IMG/VR virus record: IMGVR_UViG_3300045988_103075
Span: 1-17,516 of that record
From: a virus
Lineage: Duplodnaviria > Heunggongvirae > Uroviricota > Caudoviricetes
DNA length: 17,516 nt
Strand: one strand, 5' to 3'
The stretch's first letter is position 1. Each line of letters begins with the position of its first letter. The notes under the pieces were generated by a model. It saw only the letters and a list, made by a program, of their open reading frames with translations, was not told where the DNA came from and did no database searches. A program made the translations under genes and the position numbers. Below are positions 7,975 to 17,341 of the stretch, one piece after another.

Positions 7975-8427
7975 CTAACGGTCGAGGTGAGCCAGGATAA
8001 TCTCTTCAATCATCTGCACATCCTCACCGGTAAAGCCGAGCAGAGGACGCGCCGGATAATCAATTTTCTTACCGTCTTTCCGGTTTTCTTCCGACAGACC
8101 GAACTGATGCACGCTGGCGATTTTCGGTGACTTCCCGCCGTAAAACTCCATTGATGCCTGTTCCGGGCTGGCGCGGATATGCAAAAAACGACTGGTGATA
8201 AGTTTCGCAAACATTTTTCGCTTAACGCGACCGGTCTTTTTTCTGGCGCTCTGCTGCTGGCGTGGCGCGTAGGGTGTGCCGTCCGGGGCTTTCTGTGCCA
8301 TCACCCGGCGCTGCTGACTCTGCCGCAGACGTTTCGCCAGTTCGGCGCTCAGTCGCCGACGCCCTGACGGTGACTGCGATTCAATAAGTCCGGTCAGCCG
8401 GTCTTCAAAACGCTTAAACTCATTCAT
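7975..8427 (-). CDS. S: Tail completion protein (P2 gpS-like), 150 aa
   Basis: Protein MNEFKRFEDRLTGLIESQSPSGRRR... resembles P2 gpS as recalled. Overlaps the R stop by 8 nt. Confidence 0.9.
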   Translation of the reverse strand: MNEFKRFEDRLTGLIESQSPSGRRRLSAELAKRLRQSQQRRVMAQKAPDGTPYAPRQQQSARKKTGRVKRKMFAKLITSRFLHIRASPEQASMEFYGGKSPKIASVHQFGLSEENRKDGKKIDYPARPLLGFTGEDVQMIEEIILAHLDR

Positions 8428-8887
8428 CCCACTTGCTCACCAGTTCGCCATTGATATAAAGCTCCACCGGGCGGGTGACCGGCTCCGGCGGCGGAGGTTC
8501 CGGGATATTCTTCACATGCAGTGCGCCGTCCACCTCACTGACCAGCGTGCGCTCGGTCAGCATCAGGCTGATGCTGATATCAAAGCTGCTGTCATTGTTG
8601 ATGTCCGCATAAAACGTGAAGCCCTTTTTCTGGCCTTCGTCGGTGGTCATGATGTCGGGCTGATTTTCCCGCAGCCACGCCAGCACCGGCACGATGAGCA
8701 GGTCAAAATCACCGGTAAAGTCGGTCACAATGACATTGAGCGTGTAACGCTTTTCGAATGACAGCGACGTCGCCAGTGTGGAGGCAATACTCCCGTTATC
8801 AACGAATATCCGCAGCATATCGGGGTTAGTTTTCAGCACCGTGACGGCATCAGTCAGCGCCCTGCGCAGGCTGTCGGGTTTGAGCAT
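8420..8887 (-). CDS. R: Tail completion protein (P2 gpR-like), 155 aa
   Basis: Protein MLKPDSLRRALTDAVTVLKTNPDMLRIF... resembles P2 gpR as recalled. Confidence 0.9.
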   Translation of the reverse strand: MLKPDSLRRALTDAVTVLKTNPDMLRIFVDNGSIASTLATSLSFEKRYTLNVIVTDFTGDFDLLIVPVLAWLRENQPDIMTTDEGQKKGFTFYADINNDSSFDISISLMLTERTLVSEVDGALHVKNIPEPPPPEPVTRPVELYINGELVSKWDE

Positions 8888-9140
8888 CGTTTTCGTCCTG
8901 ACAGTGTTTAATCATTTTTACCTGGCTGGCACAGCGTGCCAGCGCGTTTTCAAGCTGCCGGATATCGGCACTTAAATCGCCGTTCGTCTGCGGGTCACTG
9001 CCCGGCATCGGGCAAAGGCTCACTTTCGGGCAGGCGTTGTGGACAATCACTGGCGTCGGTGCAGGCCGGACGCTGGTGCAACCGGCGCACAGCATCAGGC
9101 AAGTCAGCGCCGTACCAGCGGCGAAAATCTTCGTTTTCAT
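8850..9140 (-). CDS. lysC: Rz1-type outer-membrane lipoprotein spanin (P2 LysC-like), 96 aa, embedded out of frame in lysB
   Basis: Track ORF 8850..9257 trimmed to the ATG at 9140. MKTKIFAAGTALTCLMLCAGC has a lipobox-like LCAGC with Cys after a signal peptide. Different frame from lysB and overlaps the R start. Confidence 0.8.
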   Translation of the reverse strand: MKTKIFAAGTALTCLMLCAGCTSVRPAPTPVIVHNACPKVSLCPMPGSDPQTNGDLSADIRQLENALARCASQVKMIKHCQDENDAQTRQPAQGAD

Positions 9141-9420
9141 TGAGTAACCTCGTGATGGTTTTCTCGCGCTGTGCTTCACGCTTCGCGGCGTTCTCCAGTT
9201 CCTGACGCAGTGCCACCTGCGCCAGCTCGTTTTTGTCTGCTCTGGTGAGGGCAACATGAAGCTGATTTTTCAGCATGGTGATGGTCGTCTGCTGCCCGCT
9301 GGCGACGTTGTTCGCCCTGTCCAGCGAGGCGCGCAGGCTGGCGTTTTCATGCTTCGCCAGAAACAGCCCCGCCACCGCCAGCGATAACAACACGACCAGC
9401 ACAATCATCAGCTTTGACAT
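8995..9420 (-). CDS. lysB: Rz-type inner-membrane spanin (P2 LysB-like), 141 aa
   Basis: N-terminal transmembrane segment LMIVLVVLLSLAVAGLFLA followed by a charged, coiled-coil-like periplasmic domain. Position after lysA. Confidence 0.85.
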   Translation of the reverse strand: MSKLMIVLVVLLSLAVAGLFLAKHENASLRASLDRANNVASGQQTTITMLKNQLHVALTRADKNELAQVALRQELENAAKREAQREKTITRLLNENEDFRRWYGADLPDAVRRLHQRPACTDASDCPQRLPESEPLPDAGQ

Positions 9421-9830
9421 GGTTCCCGCCCCTCAAAACGCTGACGGCAGGCTTTACGTATCAGCCGGAAGAACACCGACGCCACAAGATAAATCAGCGC
9501 GGTAAAAATCCACCCGGCAGCGACCAGCGCGATAAACGTCGCCACCACCACCAGAGCCGCCGCCCGTCTGCGCCACGGCACCGGCTGCAAAAACAGCGAC
9601 GTGACAATCTTCACGGCCAGCGATTCCGGCGGCAGCTCCCGCCCGTAGCGCTCCAGTACATACTCAGTGGCATACACGCCGACACCACCGGCAACCACAC
9701 AGATAACCGTCGCCAGAATCGCCCAGGTGGCGACAAAACTGACGGCCACGCTCTGCGGGTAAATCAGGGACAGTGCCAGCATCAGCGCCAGCGACACGTT
9801 CAGCATCAGTGAAAGGGATAATTTCTTCAT
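9408..9830 (-). CDS. lysA: Lysis-timing membrane protein (P2 LysA-like), 140 aa
   Basis: Multi-pass hydrophobic protein located between K and lysB, as in P2. Confidence 0.8.
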   Translation of the reverse strand: MKKLSLSLMLNVSLALMLALSLIYPQSVAVSFVATWAILATVICVVAGGVGVYATEYVLERYGRELPPESLAVKIVTSLFLQPVPWRRRAAALVVVATFIALVAAGWIFTALIYLVASVFFRLIRKACRQRFEGREPCQS

Positions 9831-9844
9831 GGTGTTTACTCCGT

Positions 9845-10342
9845 TTAAGCCGGTACGCCGCCAGCGGTACGCCAGACGGTGACCAGTTTTTCCAGTGAAT
9901 GCTCACGCTGACCATAACCGGCACCCGGCAGGGACGCCCAGATATTGCGACAGCGTGAAATGGCGCGCTCAATGCGTCCCGCCCGGATGTCATCCAGTGC
10001 ACCGCGTTCGCGGATCAACTGAATGGCGAGCCTGTCCTGTGACAACGGACTGAAATCCGGCAGGGCAAGCTGTTTGCGGTAATGCGGCCAGAACAGGTAA
10101 AGCTGCTGATAGCGACCGGAGGCCGTGGATTTTTCACCGCGACGGTTAAACACCTTCGCCGGTCGGCCATGCGCGAACGGGTGGTCGCTGTAGTCGGTGA
10201 AGATTTCCGGCTTCCCGTCCAGTCCGGTGACTATCACGTCATAGCCCCGGTTTTTCGTCAGCGGATGATTTGCCGTCCCTTCGGACACGGCCAGCATGTC
10301 GAGAAAGGCGGCGATATTCTGATGCGTGTTAATTACCGGCAT
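9845..10342 (-). CDS. K: Endolysin / lysozyme (P2 gpK-like), 165 aa
   Basis: Protein MPVINTHQNIAAFLDMLAVSEGT... resembles P2 gpK as recalled. Start overlaps the Y stop (TAATG). Confidence 0.9.
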   Translation of the reverse strand: MPVINTHQNIAAFLDMLAVSEGTANHPLTKNRGYDVIVTGLDGKPEIFTDYSDHPFAHGRPAKVFNRRGEKSTASGRYQQLYLFWPHYRKQLALPDFSPLSQDRLAIQLIRERGALDDIRAGRIERAISRCRNIWASLPGAGYGQREHSLEKLVTVWRTAGGVPA

Positions 10343-10623
10343 TACGGTTTCCCCCTGCCCTTAAAGCGGCGCTGAATGGCAATCTCAATCACCTGATAAC
10401 CGGCGATACCCAGCATGGAGCCGATGCCGCACACCGCAGGCAGTGACAGGTCAGGAAACTGCACCAGAACAACACCCGCAACCATCGAGACAAAACCACC
10501 GAGCAACATGCGCCCGATAAACAGACGCGGGGTGATGGGTTCACCACCGGCAAGCACCTTGCCGACAACAATCAGCACCCCAATCATGAAAAGCGACAGG
10601 ACGCTTTTTTCTTCTGCTGTCAT
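10342..10623 (-). CDS. Y: Holin (P2 gpY-like), 93 aa
   Basis: Small membrane protein with hydrophobic helices, immediately upstream of the endolysin. Confidence 0.85.
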   Translation of the reverse strand: MTAEEKSVLSLFMIGVLIVVGKVLAGGEPITPRLFIGRMLLGGFVSMVAGVVLVQFPDLSLPAVCGIGSMLGIAGYQVIEIAIQRRFKGRGKP

Positions 10624-10626
10624 GCG

Positions 10627-10830
10627 TTACTCCCACAGATTGACAGTTTCAGCCACGGGCGCGGTCTGAACGTCGGGCAGTTCGACGGCGGTGCCGTGCG
10701 GCAGCACCGCACCCAGTTCAGCCATTCCCGGATTTGCGGCGAGCACGGTCTCAACCACGCCCTCAGTGCGCCCGTAATACCGGACACAGATGGCGTCGAG
10801 CGTGTCGCCCTGTAGCGCAAAGGTCTTCAT
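10627..10830 (-). CDS. X: Tail protein X (P2 gpX-like), 67 aa
   Basis: Track ORF 10627..10899 trimmed to the ATG at 10830 (MKTFALQGDTLDAICVRYYG...), which overlaps the L stop as TGATG. Length matches P2 gpX as recalled. Confidence 0.8.
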   Translation of the reverse strand: MKTFALQGDTLDAICVRYYGRTEGVVETVLAANPGMAELGAVLPHGTAVELPDVQTAPVAETVNLWE

Positions 10831-11339
10831 CAGATTTGACTCACGATACAGCGCGGCTTGTCCTGGATGCGCGCCACTGCCCAGCGCATATCCCGCCACA
10901 GCTCATCAATGGTGCTGTCAATGCTGTCGGCCTTCTTGTCGCCTTTCGCACTGGCATCCACGCCGCGATAACGCTCATAAAGCGATGCGGTCGCCATCGC
11001 ACACACGGCGCGCTCGTAGTAAAAAACTTTGATGCTTTCACCGTCGATGTCGTCCGCCGGGACGTCCGCCAGACGCGTAAAACCGGCAGCAATTTTCTGT
11101 TCGCGGTACTCGTACAGCTCCGCATTCGTCTCCGCCATGCCTGACTTGATGGCCTCACGCAGACGGGCCGGGGCGACGGTCTGCTCAAGGCGCATACGTT
11201 CCCGGACGCGCTTCGGGTCGATATCGGGAAAAAAGAACGTGTTTTTAATCACCGGCTCGTCGCCTGCCGGTTGCGGGATGACCACCGTACCCTCACAGGA
11301 TACGGGAGCCTCCTTTCGCGGAATAATCAGCGTCATCAT
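10830..11339 (-). CDS. L: Capsid completion protein (P2 gpL-like), 169 aa
   Basis: Track ORF trimmed to the ATG at 11339 (MMTLIIPRKEAPVS...). Length and position match P2 gpL as recalled. Confidence 0.85.
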   Translation of the reverse strand: MMTLIIPRKEAPVSCEGTVVIPQPAGDEPVIKNTFFFPDIDPKRVRERMRLEQTVAPARLREAIKSGMAETNAELYEYREQKIAAGFTRLADVPADDIDGESIKVFYYERAVCAMATASLYERYRGVDASAKGDKKADSIDSTIDELWRDMRWAVARIQDKPRCIVSQI

Positions 11340-11438
11340 GACTACCTCTGAAAAGTCGGGCGGTGGACGCCGGTACAGTGTCAGGTGATTCACCCTCACT
11401 GACCGGCGTGCCGCCCTGGCGCGGGGCGCATTCGGTTG

Positions 11439-12182
11439 TTAACTGGCTTTCTTTTTCGGGCGTCCACGTTTTGCCGGTGTCGCACTCCGGGTCTTACGCG
11501 GGGCGCGGGTGGCTGCTTTGGGCTGCGGCTCCGGCTTCGGTTTCAGCTCCCGCTCCAGTCGTTCAATCTCTTTTTTGACGCCTGCCTGACAGTCGAGCTG
11601 TGTCGCACGTTGCAGGTGAGCCAGCGCACCGGCGGCATCACCACCGTCACGCAGAAACAGACCGGTGATTTTGTGCAGCTTTGCGCGCACTTCATCAGGC
11701 ATGTCAGCAGTGGCGGTCAGTTCAAGGGTCTCCGTCAGCAGGCGGATATCCACGGATTCACCGGCAGCGTGAGCGCGCATGGCCGCGAGCGCCACCTCCT
11801 CGGTGAACATGTACGGCGGGGTGCGGCGGTGTTTACCCGGCATGGTCAGACCGTACTTCAGGGCATAACGGGCAATCTCCAGCGCACCAGCAATATCGCC
11901 GGTATCCAGACGCCACAGCATGACCGTCATCAGAATGTCATCCTGTGCGCCTTTGCCCTGCTCCAGCACGCCGTTCACCCACGGCAACCAGAACGGCAGC
12001 AGTTCGCGTTTTTTCGCGGCCTTCAGCTCTTTTGAATAAATCGCTTTCAGTGTGCGCTGGTCTGCGGCCAGCTTGACCAGCATCTGCTCATAGACAGTTG
12101 CATGTCGCAGCGGGGCGGCGTCCCGCTGCGCGGTCATCGCTGCCGAGACCCGCATCATGTGGCGCTGTGCGGGACTCGTCAT
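11439..12182 (-). CDS. M: Terminase endonuclease (small) subunit (P2 gpM-like), 247 aa
   Basis: Protein MTSPAQRHMMRVSAAMTAQRD... with a basic Lys/Arg/Pro-rich C-terminal tail. Length and position match P2 gpM as recalled. Confidence 0.9.
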   Translation of the reverse strand: MTSPAQRHMMRVSAAMTAQRDAAPLRHATVYEQMLVKLAADQRTLKAIYSKELKAAKKRELLPFWLPWVNGVLEQGKGAQDDILMTVMLWRLDTGDIAGALEIARYALKYGLTMPGKHRRTPPYMFTEEVALAAMRAHAAGESVDIRLLTETLELTATADMPDEVRAKLHKITGLFLRDGGDAAGALAHLQRATQLDCQAGVKKEIERLERELKPKPEPQPKAATRAPRKTRSATPAKRGRPKKKAS

Positions 12183-12185
12183 CGG

Positions 12186-13259
12186 TTACGCTCCCGGCTC
12201 TGCGGTCACTTTAGCCGGTGTGGAGAAGTCACCGACCTTAATTTTTTCCACCAGACAACCGGCGGCGTAGTCTTCCACTACGTAATCAATGTTCATTGAC
12301 TCGTAGTTCTCCACGCGGTCGAGTTTCGGGTTTTCCACAATCACGCGGCGATGGCTGTCATCCATGTAGTAGATGGACAGGTTTTCCAGCTTCGTGATGA
12401 GCATCGCATCCGCCGGGAAGTACGGGACGCGTACCGCCGGCAGGTTACCGATGCGTTTCTGGCTGATGATGACGTCAGCGGCCAGCATTTCGCTGTTGTC
12501 CTGCTCCTTGTTGACGATGGGGAAATACTTGTCCGCCAGTAGCTGACGCCCCACAATCACCACAAGGTCAGGGTCTTCCTGATACCACGGCTCAATCAGG
12601 TTGTTGGTCGCATCCATCACCAGTGCATCGAGGCTGGCATAATCACCGCCCTTACCCACGCGGATGACCTCAGAGGTCGTGTGACCTTCCTCGTCAGTAA
12701 CCTTGCTCATCACGCGCGCCGGGGCTTCATTGCGGTATTTCTGCAGCCAGCCGACCGCCACATCCTGCAGCATCTGGTTACTGCTGCGGTCAGAGGTTTC
12801 GGCACGCCTCACGCCGTTAAAACCGGCCATGATTAAATCAAGGGACTGGCGTTTGATAATGGCGTTACGGACACGGAGCTGGAAATCCTGATAACGCGCC
12901 CACAGGTCAAGCGTTTTGTAGCGGATATAAAAATCGAAGTTAATCTGGTCGCATTCATACTTGTTTGACGCCAGCTTCGAGAAGTCCTTCGGCTGACGCT
13001 CGGTGCCACCGGCGGTGTCGGTGGTGCTGGCGATGGAGCCGGTGACACCGATACCAATTTTTTCCCCTTTCATTTCGCTGACCGGCACAATGTTGATGCG
13101 GGTCAGAAAGTCAGAGGACTCCTGCATGGTGTTCATCAGGGTCTGGGTGACCGACGGTTCAACGGTGAATTTTTTCGACACATCACCGGCGTCGATGCCG
13201 TTCAGTTCGGCAACACGGGACAGGTAGGCATTAAATTTAAAGCGGGTTTCCTGGCGCAT
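12186..13259 (-). CDS. N: Major capsid protein (P2 gpN-like), 357 aa
   Basis: Protein MRQETRFKFNAYLSRVAELNGIDAGDVSKKF... resembles P2 gpN as recalled, same length. Confidence 0.9.
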   Translation of the reverse strand: MRQETRFKFNAYLSRVAELNGIDAGDVSKKFTVEPSVTQTLMNTMQESSDFLTRINIVPVSEMKGEKIGIGVTGSIASTTDTAGGTERQPKDFSKLASNKYECDQINFDFYIRYKTLDLWARYQDFQLRVRNAIIKRQSLDLIMAGFNGVRRAETSDRSSNQMLQDVAVGWLQKYRNEAPARVMSKVTDEEGHTTSEVIRVGKGGDYASLDALVMDATNNLIEPWYQEDPDLVVIVGRQLLADKYFPIVNKEQDNSEMLAADVIISQKRIGNLPAVRVPYFPADAMLITKLENLSIYYMDDSHRRVIVENPKLDRVENYESMNIDYVVEDYAAGCLVEKIKVGDFSTPAKVTAEPGA

Positions 13260-13317
13260 AGTTTTTCCTGAAATTAAGGGTTAATCGTGAAGGTTTTCCC
13301 GGACTGACTGACGACGG

Positions 13318-14172
13318 TCAGCAGTTCGTCATCAGGGCATCACCGCCACCGCCGGTGGCCTTGCTGCGGCGCTGCTGGGTCAGACTTTCGGTGTGGTCGA
13401 GGCTGTTTTTCAGGCGGGTGAATGCCTGGCTGGTTTCATCCGCCCTGTCAGCTACATCCTGCTTAAGTGCGGAAAAGGCGGTTTCCATCTCTGCGAGGCG
13501 CTGCTCAGTGGCGCTCAGTTTTTCCTGCACATGTTCAGCAACAGCGGTCACCGCTTCATGCACATCATTCAGACGGGCGTCATCGCTGGCCTGTTTGCGG
13601 CCAAAAATGGATTTCACCTTTTCAGTCAGGGCGGTGAACACGGTTTCAGGCAGGTCTTCAAATTCCAGCTCAACAGGCGTTGCCACTGAAATCAGGTTTT
13701 CAGGGCTTAATTTGAAGCGGTTCAGAGGGTTGTGTTTTGCCGTGCGGCAGAATTCCAGGTATTCCGTGCCGAGGCTTGCCGGGTCATCGGTGACGGCCAG
13801 CCCCACCAGATAACATTTGCCGGTGTTGGCAAAGTTCGGCTGAATTTCCATTGAGGTATAGACCTTCTGCGCGGCCTTGTTCATCGCGATAAGGTCATCG
13901 GTCGGGGTGATTTTCGCAAACAGCGCCCATTTGCCTTTCAGCGCCGAATCATCGTCAATCTTTTCGGCCTTCAGTTCGGCCACATCACCATAACGTTTAA
14001 AAATACCGTCAGGCAGGATGCCGCGCAGATGTTCCAGGTTAATACGGCAACCATAGACACGCGGGTCAAAGGTTTCGGCCATTTCCTGAATATCCTGCGC
14101 ACTGATGACACGCCCGTCACAGGTGTCACCCTCAACGCCGATACGAAAGAATTTTGAGACTTTTTTTGCCAT
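13318..14172 (-). CDS. O: Capsid scaffolding protein (P2 gpO-like), 284 aa
   Basis: Track ORF trimmed to the ATG at 14172 (MAKKVSKFFRIGVEGDTCDGRVIS...). Length matches P2 gpO as recalled. Confidence 0.85.
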   Translation of the reverse strand: MAKKVSKFFRIGVEGDTCDGRVISAQDIQEMAETFDPRVYGCRINLEHLRGILPDGIFKRYGDVAELKAEKIDDDSALKGKWALFAKITPTDDLIAMNKAAQKVYTSMEIQPNFANTGKCYLVGLAVTDDPASLGTEYLEFCRTAKHNPLNRFKLSPENLISVATPVELEFEDLPETVFTALTEKVKSIFGRKQASDDARLNDVHEAVTAVAEHVQEKLSATEQRLAEMETAFSALKQDVADRADETSQAFTRLKNSLDHTESLTQQRRSKATGGGGDALMTNC

Positions 14173-14345
14173 TGTCAGGAGTCCTGAATAGTGATTAGAG
14201 GAGTCACATGTCGGCATCAGTTTCCCGACGATGCGCATCCTCCGCCATCAGTCCCGGATGGCTTATCACTGACACAACAGCACCTTAGCGAATCGCAGGG
14301 CGCGACTCAGTAGCCTTGCCGTGTATTCATCACGGCGAGGTATTC

Positions 14346-16118
14346 ATGACCATCACCACAGACACCACTCTTTTACACGACCCGCGTCGTCAGGCGGCGC
14401 TGCTGTACTGGCAGGGGTTTTCCGTGCCGCAGATTGCCGCCATGTTGCAGATGAAACGCCCGACGGTGCAGAGCTGGAAACAGCGCGACGGCTGGGACAG
14501 CGTTGCCCCCATCAGCCGTGTCGAAATGAGCCTGGAAGCGCGGCTGACCCAGCTCATCATCAAACCGCAGAAAACCGGCGGTGACTTCAAGGAAATTGAC
14601 CTGCTGGGACGCCAGATTGAACGACTGGCACGGGTAAACCGCTACAGCCAGACCGGCAACGAGGCAGACCTTAATCCGAACGTCGCTAACCGCAACAAAG
14701 GCGGGCGTCGCAAACCGAAAAAGAATTTTTTCAGTGACGAAGCCATCGAAAAGCTGGAGCAGATTTTCTTTGAGCAGTCTTTCGACTATCAGTTGCACTG
14801 GTATCGCGCCGGGCTTGAGCACCGCATCCGCGATATCCTGAAATCCCGCCAGATTGGCGCAACGTTTTATTTTTCCCGCGAGGCGCTGCTGCGCGCCCTG
14901 AAAACCGGTCATAACCAGATTTTTCTGTCGGCCAGTAAAACGCAGGCGTATGTGTTCCGCGAATACATCATCGCCTTTGCCCGTCTGGTGGACGTTGACC
15001 TTACCGGTGACCCGATTGTCCTGGGCAATAACGGCGCAAAACTGATTTTTCTCGGCACCAACTCCAACACCGCGCAGAGCCATAACGGCGACCTGTACGT
15101 CGATGAGATTTTCTGGATCCCGAATTTTCAGGTACTGCGTAAGGTGGCATCAGGTATGGCCTCACAGAGTCACCTGCGTTCGACCTATTTCTCCACCCCG
15201 TCCACGCTGGCGCACGACGCCTACCCGTTCTGGTCGGGTGAACTGTTCAACCGGGGACGTGCCAGCGCCGCCGAACGTGTGGAAATCGACGTCAGTCATA
15301 ACGCCCTTGCCAGCGGGCTTCTCTGTGCGGACGGCCAGTGGCGGCAGATTGTCACCATTGAGGACGCCCTGAAAGGCGGCTGCACGCTGTTCGACATTGA
15401 GCAACTCAAACGCGAAAACAGCGCCGACGATTTTAAAAACCTGTTCATGTGTGAATTTGTTGACGACAAGGCGTCGGTGTTCCCGTTCGAGGAGCTGCAA
15501 CGCTGCATGGTCGACACGCTGGAAGAATGGGAAGACTATGCGCCGTTTGCCGCCAATCCGTTCGGCTCACGCCCGGTCTGGATTGGTTACGACCCGTCAC
15601 ACCGTGGCGACAGCGCCGGATGCGTGGTACTGGCACCGCCGATGGTTGCCGGTGGCAAATTCAGAATACTTGAGCGTCACCAGTGGAAAGGCATGGACTT
15701 TGCCACCCAGGCTGAATCCATCCGCAAACTCACCGAAAAATACAACGTCGAATACATCGGTATTGATGCCACCGGCCTCGGTGTCGGCGTGTTCCAGCTC
15801 GTGCGCTCGTTCTATCCTGCCGCGCGCGACATCCGCTACACGCCGGAAATGAAAACCGCAATGGTGCTCAAGGCAAAAGACGTTATCCGCCGTGGCTGTC
15901 TGGAATATGACGTCAGCGCCACCGACATCACCAGCTCGTTTATGGCTATCCGCAAGACCATGACCAGCAGCGGACGCAGCGCCACTTATGAGGCCAGCCG
16001 CAGCGAGGAAGCCAGCCACGCCGACCTCGCCTGGGCGACCATGCACGCCCTGTTAAATGAGCCACTCACCGCCGGTATCAGCACCCCGCTGACATCCACC
16101 ATTCTGGAGTTTTACTGA
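14346..16118 (+). CDS. P: Terminase ATPase (large) subunit (P2 gpP-like), 590 aa
   Basis: Track ORF trimmed to the ATG at 14346 (MTITTDTTLLHDPRRQAALLYWQGFSVPQIA...), preceded by GGCGAGG. Length matches P2 gpP as recalled. Divergent from O. Confidence 0.9.
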   Translation: MTITTDTTLLHDPRRQAALLYWQGFSVPQIAAMLQMKRPTVQSWKQRDGWDSVAPISRVEMSLEARLTQLIIKPQKTGGDFKEIDLLGRQIERLARVNRYSQTGNEADLNPNVANRNKGGRRKPKKNFFSDEAIEKLEQIFFEQSFDYQLHWYRAGLEHRIRDILKSRQIGATFYFSREALLRALKTGHNQIFLSASKTQAYVFREYIIAFARLVDVDLTGDPIVLGNNGAKLIFLGTNSNTAQSHNGDLYVDEIFWIPNFQVLRKVASGMASQSHLRSTYFSTPSTLAHDAYPFWSGELFNRGRASAAERVEIDVSHNALASGLLCADGQWRQIVTIEDALKGGCTLFDIEQLKRENSADDFKNLFMCEFVDDKASVFPFEELQRCMVDTLEEWEDYAPFAANPFGSRPVWIGYDPSHRGDSAGCVVLAPPMVAGGKFRILERHQWKGMDFATQAESIRKLTEKYNVEYIGIDATGLGVGVFQLVRSFYPAARDIRYTPEMKTAMVLKAKDVIRRGCLEYDVSATDITSSFMAIRKTMTSSGRSATYEASRSEEASHADLAWATMHALLNEPLTAGISTPLTSTILEFY

Positions 16119-17152
16119 TGAGCAAGAAAAAAGGGAAAACACCGCAACCTGCGGCAAAAACAATGACCGCCAGCGCCCCGAAAATGGAGGCATTCACCTT
16201 TGGTGAGCCGGTGCCGGTACTCGACCGCCGTGACATTCTGGATTACGTCGAGTGCATCAGTAACGGCAGATGGTATGAGCCACCGGTCAGCTTTACCGGT
16301 CTGGCAAAAAGCCTGCGTGCTGCCGTGCATCACAGCTCACCGATTTACGTCAAACGTAATATTCTGGCTTCAACGTTTATCCCGCACCCGTGGCTTTCCC
16401 AGCAGGATTTCAGCCGCTTTGTGCTGGATTTTCTGGTGTTCGGTAATGCGTTTCTGGAAAAGCGTTACAGCACCACCGGTAAGGTCATCAGACTGGAAAC
16501 CTCACCGGCAAAATATACCCGCCGTGGCGTGGAGGAGGATGTTTACTGGTGGGTGCCGTCCTTCAACGAGCCGACAGCCTTCGCGCCCGGCTCCGTGTTT
16601 CACCTGCTGGAGCCTGATATTAATCAGGAGCTGTACGGCCTGCCGGAATATCTCAGCGCCCTTAACTCTGCCTGGCTGAATGAGTCGGCCACGCTGTTCC
16701 GCCGCAAGTATTACGAAAACGGCGCACATGCCGGATACATCATGTACGTCACCGATGCCGTGCAGGACCGCAACGATATCGAAATGCTTCGCGAAAACAT
16801 GGTTAAGTCGAAAGGCCGCAATAACTTTAAAAATCTGTTTCTCTATGCCCCGCAGGGGAAAGCCGACGGCATTAAAATTATCCCCCTCAGTGAAGTGGCG
16901 ACGAAGGACGATTTTTTTAATATCAAAAAAGCCAGCGCCGCTGACCTGCTGGACGCACACCGCATCCCCTTTCAGTTGATGGGTGGCAAGCCGGAGAACG
17001 TCGGGTCACTGGGTGATATTGAGAAAGTGGCAAAGGTCTTTGTCCGCAATGAGCTAATCCCGTTACAGGACAGGATTCGGGAAATAAACGGCTGGCTCGG
17101 CCAGGAGGTCATCCGCTTTAAAAACTACTCACTGGACACTGACAACGGCTGA
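16118..17152 (+). CDS. Q: Portal protein (P2 gpQ-like), 344 aa
   Basis: Protein MSKKKGKTPQPAAKTMTA... Start overlaps the P stop (TGATG). Length matches P2 gpQ as recalled. Confidence 0.9.
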   Translation: MSKKKGKTPQPAAKTMTASAPKMEAFTFGEPVPVLDRRDILDYVECISNGRWYEPPVSFTGLAKSLRAAVHHSSPIYVKRNILASTFIPHPWLSQQDFSRFVLDFLVFGNAFLEKRYSTTGKVIRLETSPAKYTRRGVEEDVYWWVPSFNEPTAFAPGSVFHLLEPDINQELYGLPEYLSALNSAWLNESATLFRRKYYENGAHAGYIMYVTDAVQDRNDIEMLRENMVKSKGRNNFKNLFLYAPQGKADGIKIIPLSEVATKDDFFNIKKASAADLLDAHRIPFQLMGGKPENVGSLGDIEKVAKVFVRNELIPLQDRIREINGWLGQEVIRFKNYSLDTDNG

Positions 17153-17157
17153 ACATC

Positions 17158-17180
17158 GCCGCCTGCGGGCGGCTTTTTTA
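17158..17180 (+). terminator. Rho-independent terminator after Q
   Basis: GCCGCC (17158..17163), loop TGCG, GGCGGC (17168..17173), followed by TTTTTT (17174..17179). Confidence 0.6.
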
Positions 17181-17322
17181 CACCCCCGTCATCACGCCCT
17201 CACACGCTCATCACCGCACAAAAAATCCCGCAGACACACCAACGCCCCAGCAGGCCAAGTAAACGCCTTCACGACGCGCTCAGACGCTGAAAAAATAAAA
17301 TCAGCACCACCGCCAGCGCGCA

Positions 17323-17341
17323 GTGCTTTCCCCGCCTCGCC
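17323..17341. other. P2-type cos, the 19-nt cohesive-end sequence
   Basis: Reverse complement of 17323..17341 is GGCGAGGCGGGGAAAGCAC, which I recall as the P2 cohesive end. It lies next to Q as in the P2 map. Identity is from memory. Confidence 0.7.

Noticed and set aside
11436-12035. Plus-strand ORF of 199 aa antisense to terminase gene M; similar shadow ORFs occur antisense to P and Q (14373..15083, 15597..16046, 16502..16960) and to N and O
   Set aside because: These are shadow ORFs inside conserved phage genes with biased Arg/Cys/His-rich translations typical of antisense frames. The sense-strand assignments are far better supported.
14318-14336. Short hairpin GCCGTG-TATTCAT-CACGGC just upstream of the P start codon, partly overlapping its Shine-Dalgarno
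   Set aside because: A 6-bp stem is too short to call a regulatory structure from sequence alone. It could modulate P translation but may be coincidental.
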